64,000 nt of DNA from Candidatus Dojkabacteria bacterium. Lineage in GTDB: Bacteria; Patescibacteriota; Dojkabacteria; B142; OLB20. The notes below the pieces were generated by a model. That model did no database searches, was not told the origin of the DNA, and saw only the letters and a list, made by a program, of their open reading frames with translations. Shown here one piece after another: positions 27,160-36,660 of this stretch; within the stretch, counting starts at the first letter, position 1; the number at the start of each line of letters is the position of its first letter. A program made the position numbers and the translations under genes. The DNA is taken from positions 194,335-258,334 of the forward strand of contig DAOMOX010000001.1 in NCBI GenBank assembly GCA_035444565.1, written 5' to 3'.

Positions 27160-27810
27160 TCATGCACAGTTATGAAGTTGTTTCTCTAACTCTAGTAGCT
27201 CTAGATAAGTAGCTTTTGGATTCTCTGATTTTGCAATTGCAGAACCTACAACCACAACATCGAAAGGAAAGTTAAGAATATTAGGTAAAGTTTGTTTATT
27301 TACGCCACCATCTAGACCAATTTCCCCAGTGAATCCGTCCTGTCTAAGTTTTTTGGAGAATTCAAGCATTTCTGGTCGAAACTCATTACCTTGTGCACCG
27401 GGTTGAATCGCAAATATATGAATCGAATCAACTTTATTGAAATATTTTTTGATAAAATCATATTGAACGGGTTCGTGAAACGAAACAGCAGTTTCAATTC
27501 CTTTTTGACCAATTATTTCCAATAAATCGTCAATATTATCAAGTGAATGTACATTTATGATGATTTTACGAACTCGAACATCTTCAACAAGCACTTTTAC
27601 TGCTTTTGATGGATAATCCATCATCAAATCAAAGTTGTAGATTACATCAACTGGAACTGACAAAGATTCTTCCGCTGTTATAGTTTTTCCTTGAGTCAAT
27701 GACCAATCAATGACATCGATATCTAGTTCTTTTGCAAACCCTGCATCTCTAATCACTTGCATTGCGTAGTCATCTTTATTGTTTGTGAGGATGGTTGGGT
27801 TGATTTTCAT
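27160..27810 (-). CDS. ribulose-phosphate 3-epimerase family TIM-barrel protein (divergent)
   Basis: MKINPTILT..., GIETAVSFHEP, IGLDGGVN and VVVVGSAIA resemble Rpe strands. Positions where I recall Rpe metal-binding His (HVDVMDG, HLMV) read DIDVIDW and DLMM here. The start is moved to the ATG at 27810. Confidence 0.45.
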   Translation of the reverse strand: MKINPTILTNNKDDYAMQVIRDAGFAKELDIDVIDWSLTQGKTITAEESLSVPVDVIYNFDLMMDYPSKAVKVLVEDVRVRKIIINVHSLDNIDDLLEIIGQKGIETAVSFHEPVQYDFIKKYFNKVDSIHIFAIQPGAQGNEFRPEMLEFSKKLRQDGFTGEIGLDGGVNKQTLPNILNFPFDVVVVGSAIAKSENPKATYLELLELEKQLHNCA

Positions 27811-27876
27811 TGGATTATAGTAATAATGATTGAATATCATAGCAAATAAATGGGGAAATCAGAATTTACGCCAATT

Positions 27877-29190
27877 TCAGCGCTGATTTGAAAGATAAGT
27901 GATTTCTGGCATTTCCCATTCATATGGAGACAAACCCGTATTTCTAAAAAACGCTTCAGCTAGTTGATCTTGTTCTGAAGTCACGTTACCGTTATCTCCT
28001 GACGGTTTTGAATTTGCTACTGCGAAAGAAGTTATAATATCAAATGTGGTGACACCGAAATCTATATCAGGATCTTTATAATATGATATCGCATTCGCCA
28101 CCCTAACTAAAGGATCTTCCGTGTTTGAATTACTGACAAAGATTAATGCCAATTCGTTTGGGGGGACATTATAACCGTATAATCTGAGTGTTTCATGAAA
28201 ATTTGTCACATCATATTTGTACTTGAACCCAACTACTCCCCACAATTCATGCATTGATTGGTATTCTTTGAGTTCCGGACTCTTATTAATTTCTGTTGCT
28301 AGCAAAAACATTTCTGCTGTAATTTCTTCCATAATTAGATACATTGTTGCATCACTTTTAAACAATCCAATATCATATTCAAATATTGATTTCCCATAGG
28401 TTGTAATATCATCTGTAAAAGATGGTGTTACAATTTGGGGGGATCCATAATCATCAACAATGAAAGTCTTTACCGGTTTTGCTTTAATAGATTTCTCAAC
28501 CAACGCTAAGCCGTCACCACACGTATGACCCAACTCATGTTCCATTACTTCCTCCAATGTATCCATATTTGGGTCCAGCATTTGCCGTATATTCTCGGGG
28601 CTTAAAACTACAATTGGTGCAGTCTCTGCACATGATTGACTAGCCAATGGTACATATGCCAACCTAGTATCAGGATCATCACGTCTTGTTAGAGAAACAA
28701 AGAGAGGGCCCTCCATTGAACCTCCAAAACCACAACCGTCCGGAGCAATCAAATTAAAATCGCTAATTGCTGCATGTAACGCCTGAACTTCATCAGGAGA
28801 TAAATTAGACGCAGCATTAGGAGTGAAAGCCAATAAATCGCTTTCAGGAACTTGGTCATCTTGAAAATCCTTCAATCTCTTACAGTAATCAACCGTATCT
28901 GCTTCATTATGTTCTAACGTATCCCCTGTGGTTATATAAAGCGGAAGATCATCATATGGTGATATCTCAGGTGTAGGAATTAAACCCGTAGGAGGGGTTA
29001 CCATAGGAGTAGGTACTACTAGTGACTGAGCTGGCATTGGATTCTTGCTCATACAGGCTGCTAATGCCAGAGTCATCAAAGCCATGGGTACTAGTTTTAA
29101 CAGCACACTTCGGAGGTTAAATTTATGATCCACTCCATCTATGTTACCTTCGGTACTTGAAGGAATTGAAAATTCTACATCTTTATCCAA
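27877..29190 (-). CDS. lipoprotein with HEXXH zinc-metalloprotease motif
   Basis: Lipobox LALAAC after a signal-like N-terminus. HELGH at ...EEVMEHELGHTCGDG. Pro-rich linker after the lipobox. Confidence 0.5.
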   Translation of the reverse strand: MDKDVEFSIPSSTEGNIDGVDHKFNLRSVLLKLVPMALMTLALAACMSKNPMPAQSLVVPTPMVTPPTGLIPTPEISPYDDLPLYITTGDTLEHNEADTVDYCKRLKDFQDDQVPESDLLAFTPNAASNLSPDEVQALHAAISDFNLIAPDGCGFGGSMEGPLFVSLTRRDDPDTRLAYVPLASQSCAETAPIVVLSPENIRQMLDPNMDTLEEVMEHELGHTCGDGLALVEKSIKAKPVKTFIVDDYGSPQIVTPSFTDDITTYGKSIFEYDIGLFKSDATMYLIMEEITAEMFLLATEINKSPELKEYQSMHELWGVVGFKYKYDVTNFHETLRLYGYNVPPNELALIFVSNSNTEDPLVRVANAISYYKDPDIDFGVTTFDIITSFAVANSKPSGDNGNVTSEQDQLAEAFFRNTGLSPYEWEMPEITYLSNQR

Positions 29191-29218
29191 AAGAATTATT
29201 TACACGACTATATTGTGA

Positions 29219-30973
29219 TTATATCATTTTGTTCATATACAATTCACCTAACTCAAAACCTAACTTTTTATAGTATTCCCTCGTACCAATAGCAGATATT
29301 ACTGAAATTTTATGATATTTGTCTTCAGAAGCCAATTTTTCAGCCATTTTTACAAGTTTTGTGCCGATTCCTAAATGTTGTGATTTTTGACTTAGTTTTA
29401 TTCCTACATCAACTACAGAACCATATACGTGCACCTCTCTAATCATTGCGGAATTCCGTAATTCTGAGATAAAATGATTATTAATTAACGACTTTTTAGG
29501 TAAACTTAACCTCAAAAACCCGATTATCTTATCCTCTGATTTTGTTTTGTACGATAAAAAGACTTCTTTCCCAACTTGAGTGGTATATTCAATTTTTTCA
29601 AGCTCCAAATCATCGACACTTATTGATTTGCCTTTAATCTCTCTACATCGGATACATTGACATTTTTTCTCTGTTCTTTCCAACTCCAGCTCAGCAATTT
29701 GTCTGAAATTAGTCAATTTGTTCCCTGCAACTATATCCGTGGATGGGATATCTCTCACTATCCTTGTTAATCTGCAATATCTAGGTGTCAAAGGCATAAT
29801 TTCAGTCATCACTTTCAACAATTCTTCGTAAGTGTAGGGTTTGTACTCACCTTTTTTGTACAAATCATATAACCCTGTGTTGGAAATGATGCTTGTGGGA
29901 TATACTTTAAGTTCATCTGGCTGAATTTGCTTCTCCCAGAGCCTTTTGTAATCCAGAATATCATTTTCAACTGTTGATCCATAAAGATTTGGCATCCAGT
30001 GTGCGTGTACTTTAAATCCTCCGAGTCTTAACAATCTAATAGCATTTTCGGTTTCTTTTCTACCATGACCCCTTTTGTTAAGTTCCATTACCTTATCATC
30101 TAGGCTTTGTATCCCGATTTGAATCTTTGTGGCTCCGAGTCTTCGGAACTTTATAATTTCAGTTTCATTTATCCAGTCTGGTCTTGTTTCTATGACTAAT
30201 CCCACGCAACGACTTTTTGCATTTTCGTTTAGTTTGTGAGCACTCTCAAGGCTCTCCCAAGTAGTCATCTCGGTCTCGGAAATTAATCTTTTACCTTTAT
30301 TGTGAACAACTTCGTTGATTATTTGATTGTATGATTTTCTACCACCATCGATTTTACGGTTTGGAGCCTTGTCTGCTTCTTCAAAATCGTTTTGAACTTT
30401 AACCTTGTCGCGATTGTCCTCGACTCCAAAGTCATTCATAGCATCAAAACATCTCTTCACAAACCAGATTTGATAACTTTCAGGATAAAATGACCAAGTT
30501 CCCCCCAAAACTATAAGTTCAACTTTGCTAGTGTTATGACCAATGTTATGAAGTGCCAACAACCTATTGTATGTCTGCAAATACGGATCGAAACTATTTC
30601 TCTCTGCTCTTTGTGCACCAGGTTCATCTCGGAGATAACTTTTTGGCATTCTGACGTCATTTGGACAAAAAATACACTTTCCAGGACATGGAAATGGTTT
30701 TGTTAGAACTGTTACAGGAGTAACGCCAGAAATTGTCCTAGTAGGTCTCATTTTAATTCTGTCCAAGACTTTCTGATCAACTTCAGTCCCAGCCACTTCT
30801 GATAAATATCGATAGCCTTCAACAAGATTATTTCGGCTAAATATTCCAGAGCCATCTCGTGGATGGTTGCGTAAGATTTTATGAAATTTCTTATAACTCC
30901 ATTTATTATCTGGAATTAATGAAATTTCTTGAAAAATCAGTTCGAATTCAGCTTTATATTTCTTTGGATCCAT
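29219..30973 (-). CDS. elp3: Elp3-family radical-SAM/GNAT tRNA wobble-uridine modification enzyme (Elongator protein 3 homolog)
   Basis: 584 aa. Radical SAM Cx4Cx2C motif (CPGKCIFC), the Elp3-type central domain and a C-terminal GNAT (QHLGIGTKLVKMAE). Confidence 0.8.
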   Translation of the reverse strand: MDPKKYKAEFELIFQEISLIPDNKWSYKKFHKILRNHPRDGSGIFSRNNLVEGYRYLSEVAGTEVDQKVLDRIKMRPTRTISGVTPVTVLTKPFPCPGKCIFCPNDVRMPKSYLRDEPGAQRAERNSFDPYLQTYNRLLALHNIGHNTSKVELIVLGGTWSFYPESYQIWFVKRCFDAMNDFGVEDNRDKVKVQNDFEEADKAPNRKIDGGRKSYNQIINEVVHNKGKRLISETEMTTWESLESAHKLNENAKSRCVGLVIETRPDWINETEIIKFRRLGATKIQIGIQSLDDKVMELNKRGHGRKETENAIRLLRLGGFKVHAHWMPNLYGSTVENDILDYKRLWEKQIQPDELKVYPTSIISNTGLYDLYKKGEYKPYTYEELLKVMTEIMPLTPRYCRLTRIVRDIPSTDIVAGNKLTNFRQIAELELERTEKKCQCIRCREIKGKSISVDDLELEKIEYTTQVGKEVFLSYKTKSEDKIIGFLRLSLPKKSLINNHFISELRNSAMIREVHVYGSVVDVGIKLSQKSQHLGIGTKLVKMAEKLASEDKYHKISVISAIGTREYYKKLGFELGELYMNKMI

Positions 30974-31053
30974 AGTCCTTGTATTGTAACATTAGAATTC
31001 GCAATTATTCACAAGTTTATTCCGTTTGACATGATAAAATATGCTTAATAAAT

Positions 31054-31770
31054 ATGAAAGACGAAACTAGACAGAAATTACTCGAACTTAATCGCATTTT
31101 CTACGAAAAAAATGCTAAGGAGTTCTCGAATACCAGGAATTATTACTGGCAAGGATGGCAAAAGGCATGGGAAGTAATCAAAACACATAATCCGAATATC
31201 AGAAATGTATTAGACGTAGGTTGTGGAAACGGACGTTTTTTGAAATTCTTGAGAGAAAACACCGAAAATTTCACATATCTAGGTATTGATCACTCATCCA
31301 ATTTCATTGAAGAATGCCAGAATAAACTTGCTGACGAAAATTCATATTTTATGCGCTTTGAAATAGCAAATGATGATTTTACTAAAATTGCTAACGAAAA
31401 ATATGATTTAATTTCACTCATAGCTGTATTACATCATATTCCTGGGAACTCAAACAGAATAGACCTGATTAAACAATTATCAAAATTACTTAAACCGAAA
31501 GGCATCATAATTATCACTTTTTGGGATTTTATGAAAGGGAACAGGATGCAGAGCAGAATTTTCCCTTGGTCTTTATCTAACATTGATAAAAAAGACCTTG
31601 AGGAAGGGGACCATCTACTAAAATGGTCAGATAGTACTGACACGCAAAGATATTGTCACTATTTTTCTGAGGAGGAAAAACAATCATTGATCAAATACTC
31701 GCAATTACGTCCACTATCAAGATATACCTCGGATAGCAATAATACGTATGTTATTATGCAAAAAGAATAA
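31054..31770 (+). CDS. class I SAM-dependent methyltransferase, Trm9/ALKBH8-MT-like
   Basis: EKNAKEFSNTRNYYWQGW...VLDVGCGNGRFLKFL matches the Trm9 N-terminal FS-TR--W motif plus motif I VLDVGCGNGKYL. It is divergently transcribed from elp3 with an 80-nt spacer. Confidence 0.55.
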   Translation: MKDETRQKLLELNRIFYEKNAKEFSNTRNYYWQGWQKAWEVIKTHNPNIRNVLDVGCGNGRFLKFLRENTENFTYLGIDHSSNFIEECQNKLADENSYFMRFEIANDDFTKIANEKYDLISLIAVLHHIPGNSNRIDLIKQLSKLLKPKGIIIITFWDFMKGNRMQSRIFPWSLSNIDKKDLEEGDHLLKWSDSTDTQRYCHYFSEEEKQSLIKYSQLRPLSRYTSDSNNTYVIMQKE

Positions 31771-31789
31771 TTCGATACTATATAAGTTA

Positions 31790-33505
31790 TCAACTATTAG
31801 GATTAGGCTCTTGAATGTTATTTTCAGTTCCGATTGATGTCGCTGGAATATTAGTTACTCCGGAAACCATATTGTCTTGTGAAGAAATTCCCCCTGAACC
31901 ATTATTGATTACTGGAGTTGTAGATGAGTAATCACCAACTGGTTGTTGCTGTTGTAAATCTGTCTCGTTTACAGAAAAAGAATTTTCAACTGAAGTTTCA
32001 CCGGAAGATAAGTCCATTACAGGAAGGTTTTCTTCATCTGGCATTTCTTGAGCATAACTTTTTCGCACAACATCTGCGTACGGATTAACCCCAAGATCCT
32101 CCACTTCAACAGACACTCCGTCAGTATCAATTTCGTCTACGCTGTGAGCTACATCGGAATCTTCAACTCCTTCTGTTTGTTCTGAATCATCTTCCAGAGG
32201 TTGATCGTCTAACATACTACTACCTAATTTATTATCTTCGTTATCAGTGGTGATTTGTGTCTCATTGGTCTGAACTTGTGCACCAGAACCTAAATCCTGC
32301 ATAGAATCAAGTGTCTCGACTGGTTCTGCTGATTCCGAACCTATCGTCTCAGTAGGAGGAGATTGAGTATTACTAACAACTGGTTGAGAGTTTTCAACGA
32401 CTGGAGGAATTATCGCAGTGGGATTTGCCTGTGTTTCTGTCACTTGTTCTACTTCAACGGGAGGAGTTTCAGGTTTTGAAGAACTTTCATCATCTATTTG
32501 AATCATATCTTCACTAAATGTTGCTTGTGGAGGCGTAGGCAAAGCCTCTCCAGAATCCTTCTTCGAGTCTCCAGATAATTTCTTAAAGAGGCCTTTTTTC
32601 TTAGCAAGAATTATTCCAACTACAAAAATTACGATTACTAGGATTATTAACCCAATTGCAATAAATCTAACTCTATTAGAGAATGAATTGTCTTCTGTAA
32701 CCGCTTCTTCTACAGGTTTTTCACTTACTTCAAAAGTATATTCTTCACTTTCATATATTTCTGGAAAATCATCAGCAGATATTTTTATAAGAAAAGTATG
32801 CATTCCAGGTTCTAATGAAGTAGTGTCTACCTTCACAACCCAGAAGCCATCTTCGTCCGCTTTTGCGAAGTAGCTTTTTGGGTCAGATTTTACTATAACT
32901 TCAATATCAGCATAAGATTCAGTTCTTCCATTTATCGTTAAGTCCTCACCTGCATCGAATTTGGGCACCTCAGTGTATCCATACGACTCAGTACCTAGAG
33001 TAATAAACCCGAACTTTTCAACCACGGATGGTGTCTTTTGCTCAATGTCAGGACCTTCAGGGATTGTAGGGTTTGGAGAATCATCAGTTTCAGATTTTGT
33101 TGTGGCACTCACTGTTGTCGAAAACGCTGAATAATTAGAACCATCGTATGCACGAACCTTGTAACTATAAGATGTTTCTGGTTCAAGACCATTATCTGAG
33201 TAGAATAATGAGCTAACTACTGCCACCATTTCATTGTTACGGAATAGTTCGTAAGCTGTAGAATTCGCAGATCTATTCCAGGAGATATCAATACGGTCAT
33301 CATTAATCACAGTAGCTGACAGTCCTTGTGGGACACCAGGTAATGCATTTGTAGGAATAGGTGCATCTGTTGGAGCGACTGTCGGAGTAGATGTTGTCGT
33401 GGGTATTACTGTAATTTCGGGTGTTACTGTCTGGGCATTTACACCCTCTAGAGATATAAAAAAAGCAAATACGAAAAGAATGGAAATAACTTTAAGATTT
33501 TTCAT
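31790..33505 (-). CDS. surface protein: signal peptide, fibronectin-III-like domain, single TM, acidic low-complexity C-terminal tail
   Basis: FN3-like block PQGLSATVINDDRIDISWNRS...YELFRNNEMV...SYSYKVRAYDGSNYSAFS. TM RFIAIGLIILVIVIFVVGIILAKKKG. The tail is rich in D/E/S/T/Q. Confidence 0.5.
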   Translation of the reverse strand: MKNLKVISILFVFAFFISLEGVNAQTVTPEITVIPTTTSTPTVAPTDAPIPTNALPGVPQGLSATVINDDRIDISWNRSANSTAYELFRNNEMVAVVSSLFYSDNGLEPETSYSYKVRAYDGSNYSAFSTTVSATTKSETDDSPNPTIPEGPDIEQKTPSVVEKFGFITLGTESYGYTEVPKFDAGEDLTINGRTESYADIEVIVKSDPKSYFAKADEDGFWVVKVDTTSLEPGMHTFLIKISADDFPEIYESEEYTFEVSEKPVEEAVTEDNSFSNRVRFIAIGLIILVIVIFVVGIILAKKKGLFKKLSGDSKKDSGEALPTPPQATFSEDMIQIDDESSSKPETPPVEVEQVTETQANPTAIIPPVVENSQPVVSNTQSPPTETIGSESAEPVETLDSMQDLGSGAQVQTNETQITTDNEDNKLGSSMLDDQPLEDDSEQTEGVEDSDVAHSVDEIDTDGVSVEVEDLGVNPYADVVRKSYAQEMPDEENLPVMDLSSGETSVENSFSVNETDLQQQQPVGDYSSTTPVINNGSGGISSQDNMVSGVTNIPATSIGTENNIQEPNPNS

Positions 33506-33796
33506 ATTATTTAGGCAGTTTTATAAAAACATGTACTCTTAGTTTAACCAAGCTGGAGAAAGTAATCAAGAGAATGGAGACAAAAGCGCCTGTCGCTTAA
33601 CATTTGTATTGGCAAACCTCTGCATATACAACTTAAGATTTAGCTTCTGGTTATCTTGAACTTCAAATTTGAATAGTTTTCTCCAACTCATTCATTACCA
33701 TATTTGTCGCATTCGCTGTTGGAAATATAAATCCTGTAAAATTAACTTAATAATAACACTCTCCTGGTTTGAGGGTAGATTAGTCAAATTCGATTG

Positions 33797-34294
33797 TTAA
33801 TTTAATGCAGACTCATCCCAGTCTCCTAATTTCTTGTTCATAATTAGGTTTTTCTGACCAAAATAACCCTGCTCTCTCACTCCCACCCTTGTAAAGCCAA
33901 GTTTCAAGTAGAACGGTTCTACTTTTGGATAAGTATAAAGCTCTATTAGATGAGCTTTTTTTGATTTTGCGAAATCCTGATATACATTAAAAAGAGTTAA
34001 CCCAACACCTTTTTTTCTGAATTCTTCTTTGACACCCAGCCAACTGATAAATGCAACTCCACCATAAGTATAGTCTCCAACAATGAACCCAATTACTTTT
34101 TCATTTTCAATTGCGATGTAAATATTCCTGAAAAATCTTTCCAACCATAGAAAAAAGTTTGTTTTATTGTAATCTTTCGTGAGGAAATGATTGATTAGAG
34201 ACGGGGTATAACCTGCATAACCTTCATGCATTATCTCGGTAAACAGTTCATAAAATGCATCTAAATCTGAAGTTGTAGCTTGTTTGATTACCAT
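33797..34294 (-). CDS. GNAT family N-acetyltransferase
   Basis: Motif A: GVKEEFRKKGVGLTLF. Confidence 0.7.
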   Translation of the reverse strand: MVIKQATTSDLDAFYELFTEIMHEGYAGYTPSLINHFLTKDYNKTNFFLWLERFFRNIYIAIENEKVIGFIVGDYTYGGVAFISWLGVKEEFRKKGVGLTLFNVYQDFAKSKKAHLIELYTYPKVEPFYLKLGFTRVGVREQGYFGQKNLIMNKKLGDWDESALN

Positions 34295-35193
34295 TCTTTA
34301 GACAGTCGTTTGTTTTTGGAAATCAATTTAAAATTCTTACCACCTGTGATTAACCAATCCATCAAAATTGGTTTTAGGAAGATATGAAGTAACATTGAAT
34401 AGAGGAGTACAAATGCCAATGCAATAATCAATAATAACAAATCTACTCTTATTGCTAGGAAAGCAATCAAAGTCGCCCCAATCACAACATAATATTTAAT
34501 TTCTCCCATTTTGAGAGAATTTATTGCATCAATCCATTCGTTAGAGAGTTTCGAAGTGATACTCAATTTCAAATTTCTTGAGATTATTATATTTAAGAAA
34601 AGTGCGTAAAGGAATATTGTTAGAGAATAGTTTACTGTTTGAGCATTTATATTTAAGCCCAAGAATCCAATAGAATTAACTATTCCTATAGTTGTAAGAA
34701 CTAACATTGCAAAAAGTAAAACATCTCCGACCAATAGCCTAATTAAATTTACTCTGGAAATCCCGCTTCCTTTCAATAAATATGCGAGGAATATTAAATA
34801 GATTATTGTTAAAGCATACAACCCATATAAAATCCTTCCACCAATCAAAATTAAAGTGGTCGGGTTGTAAACTAAAACTTGAAATTCGGAAATATCTCCC
34901 AGTTTTTCAGTGTAATCATCTTCCAGTTCAGAAAGTTCTTCAAGAGAGACATTTTGATAATAAACCTGATACTTGCCATCAGAGAAGGCATCAATTCGAT
35001 CGAAGTTACTTAATTCTTTGATTTTAGAACTGACTTCATCAACATTCTTCTCTTCTGTTAACTTAAAAGAAACGACATTGCTACTTGCGTAATCTACTCC
35101 TAGATTTAATCCTCCAAAAAGTAATAATCCCAATAACGCCAATAGAGGTATTAGACTTGCTAAAACTATTGTTAAAATTCTATTTTTTTGCAC
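34288..35193 (-). CDS. secF: protein-export membrane protein SecF (divergent)
   Basis: 301 aa. N-terminal TM then a periplasmic head with GLNLGVDYAS (corresponding to GxDFxGG), then 5 TM. It overlaps secD by 14 nt. Confidence 0.55.
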   Translation of the reverse strand: MQKNRILTIVLASLIPLLALLGLLLFGGLNLGVDYASSNVVSFKLTEEKNVDEVSSKIKELSNFDRIDAFSDGKYQVYYQNVSLEELSELEDDYTEKLGDISEFQVLVYNPTTLILIGGRILYGLYALTIIYLIFLAYLLKGSGISRVNLIRLLVGDVLLFAMLVLTTIGIVNSIGFLGLNINAQTVNYSLTIFLYALFLNIIISRNLKLSITSKLSNEWIDAINSLKMGEIKYYVVIGATLIAFLAIRVDLLLLIIALAFVLLYSMLLHIFLKPILMDWLITGGKNFKLISKNKRLSKEW

Positions 35194-36556
35194 TTTTGAT
35201 TGGTCTCATAAATAGTTTAAATATCGGAACAAAGAAAACAATTTTGTATATCTGCCAAACCAATACACCCATAATTATTACCTGGATAAATTGATTCACA
35301 GAAGCAGTAAGCAAATTCTCAAAGAATATTATAAGTGGGACCAAAATTAAAACGTTAAAGATAGGTCTCCAACCCCTTAATGTATTTGATTCAATATATT
35401 CCTCAAGGAGTTTCGACTTATTTTCAAATTTATTAACCCTGAGTACTGTAATAATCTGCTCCAAGATAAAGATTGTCACTATCAACTGAGTAGCGAATAT
35501 TAAAGAAAGACTAAGGTTTAGGTTTAAGATTTTGTGTAAAGCAATATTTACGACAGCGAATATGAAGCTCGCCATAATAACATATAATGATTTCTTACGA
35601 AGAATTACGACTGTCAATAAAGTCATAAACCCAACTAAAGCAATGGTTATCAACTTTGCATTTTGTAACGAGTCACTCCCGTATGTGGGATTGACTCCCA
35701 CTGCAGGATTTGCAACTACAACAGTATCTAAACTGGGGCTACTCATCACCGCCCCTAAGACTGCATTGTTTAATTTGCTATCAACAAGAGTTGTGTATAG
35801 GAGAATTCGATCGTGGTCTTGGTATGGGTCCATATAGTATCCGCTTGCTTGCAGTGCTACGAAAGAGCCATCAAGTGAGAATATAAGTGGAGTTCCAGTA
35901 GAGATATTTGACAGAAGAGCAAGCTGTAACTTCTGTTTCGCTTCAGGTTTAAATACGATTTCTAAACCGAAGTTGTTTGGTGTCTCAGGATCACCTGAAT
36001 AAATACGCGAATCTGAGATAACACTCATGCTTAAAATATCATCATTTGTAATACCTGACGATTTTCTTCCATCCGTGATTGAAGCAGTTTCTGCTTCGGG
36101 ATCTTGAGGTGCCTCTGGATCATCTACTAAAACATCCAAATTGCCTGGACTTGAAAGAACTTGTACCAATGTTGTTTCAAGTTCTTCAGGAGTGGTCAAA
36201 TGTAATTGAAATACTTCATCTTCAAGATTATAGAAACTTGTGAATTCGAAATCCCGTAAACCAATCAATCCCATTCTTCTTGCAATAGTTTCCTCTACCT
36301 GTTTAAATTTTTGAACTTTATCACCTTCAAAAGTTTTCAAATCAACATCATATACGACCTTAGATCCACCTTGAATATCTAAAGCAGGTTTATATGAGAA
36401 TGAATCTTGAATTAATTGAAGATTTAAATCAGTAGGATTTGCATTTGTGATTTCGTAAGACTTCTCTTTATAAGTAAATGAAACTGTAGGTATTGCTACT
36501 ACTAGAGCGATAAGAGCCAGAATTGTTATTAGAAACAATTGTAGTTTTGATTTCAT
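35180..36556 (-). CDS. secD: protein-export membrane protein SecD (divergent)
   Basis: 458 aa. N-terminal TM, LDIQGGSKVVYDV (SecD GLDLxGG motif), large periplasmic domain, C-terminal 5-6 TM. Confidence 0.6.
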   Translation of the reverse strand: MKSKLQLFLITILALIALVVAIPTVSFTYKEKSYEITNANPTDLNLQLIQDSFSYKPALDIQGGSKVVYDVDLKTFEGDKVQKFKQVEETIARRMGLIGLRDFEFTSFYNLEDEVFQLHLTTPEELETTLVQVLSSPGNLDVLVDDPEAPQDPEAETASITDGRKSSGITNDDILSMSVISDSRIYSGDPETPNNFGLEIVFKPEAKQKLQLALLSNISTGTPLIFSLDGSFVALQASGYYMDPYQDHDRILLYTTLVDSKLNNAVLGAVMSSPSLDTVVVANPAVGVNPTYGSDSLQNAKLITIALVGFMTLLTVVILRKKSLYVIMASFIFAVVNIALHKILNLNLSLSLIFATQLIVTIFILEQIITVLRVNKFENKSKLLEEYIESNTLRGWRPIFNVLILVPLIIFFENLLTASVNQFIQVIIMGVLVWQIYKIVFFVPIFKLFMRPIKSAKK

Positions 36557-36660
36557 TTCACTGAGAACAATAAGGGCTAATTCTATCAGTTGGATTGAAG
36601 TTTGTATATATTTACCCCATAGATTTTCCGAGTTATAATCACGAAACGAATTAATATTAC

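Noticed and set aside
35532-35837. Plus-strand ORF 35532-35837
   Set aside because: It is antisense inside secD.
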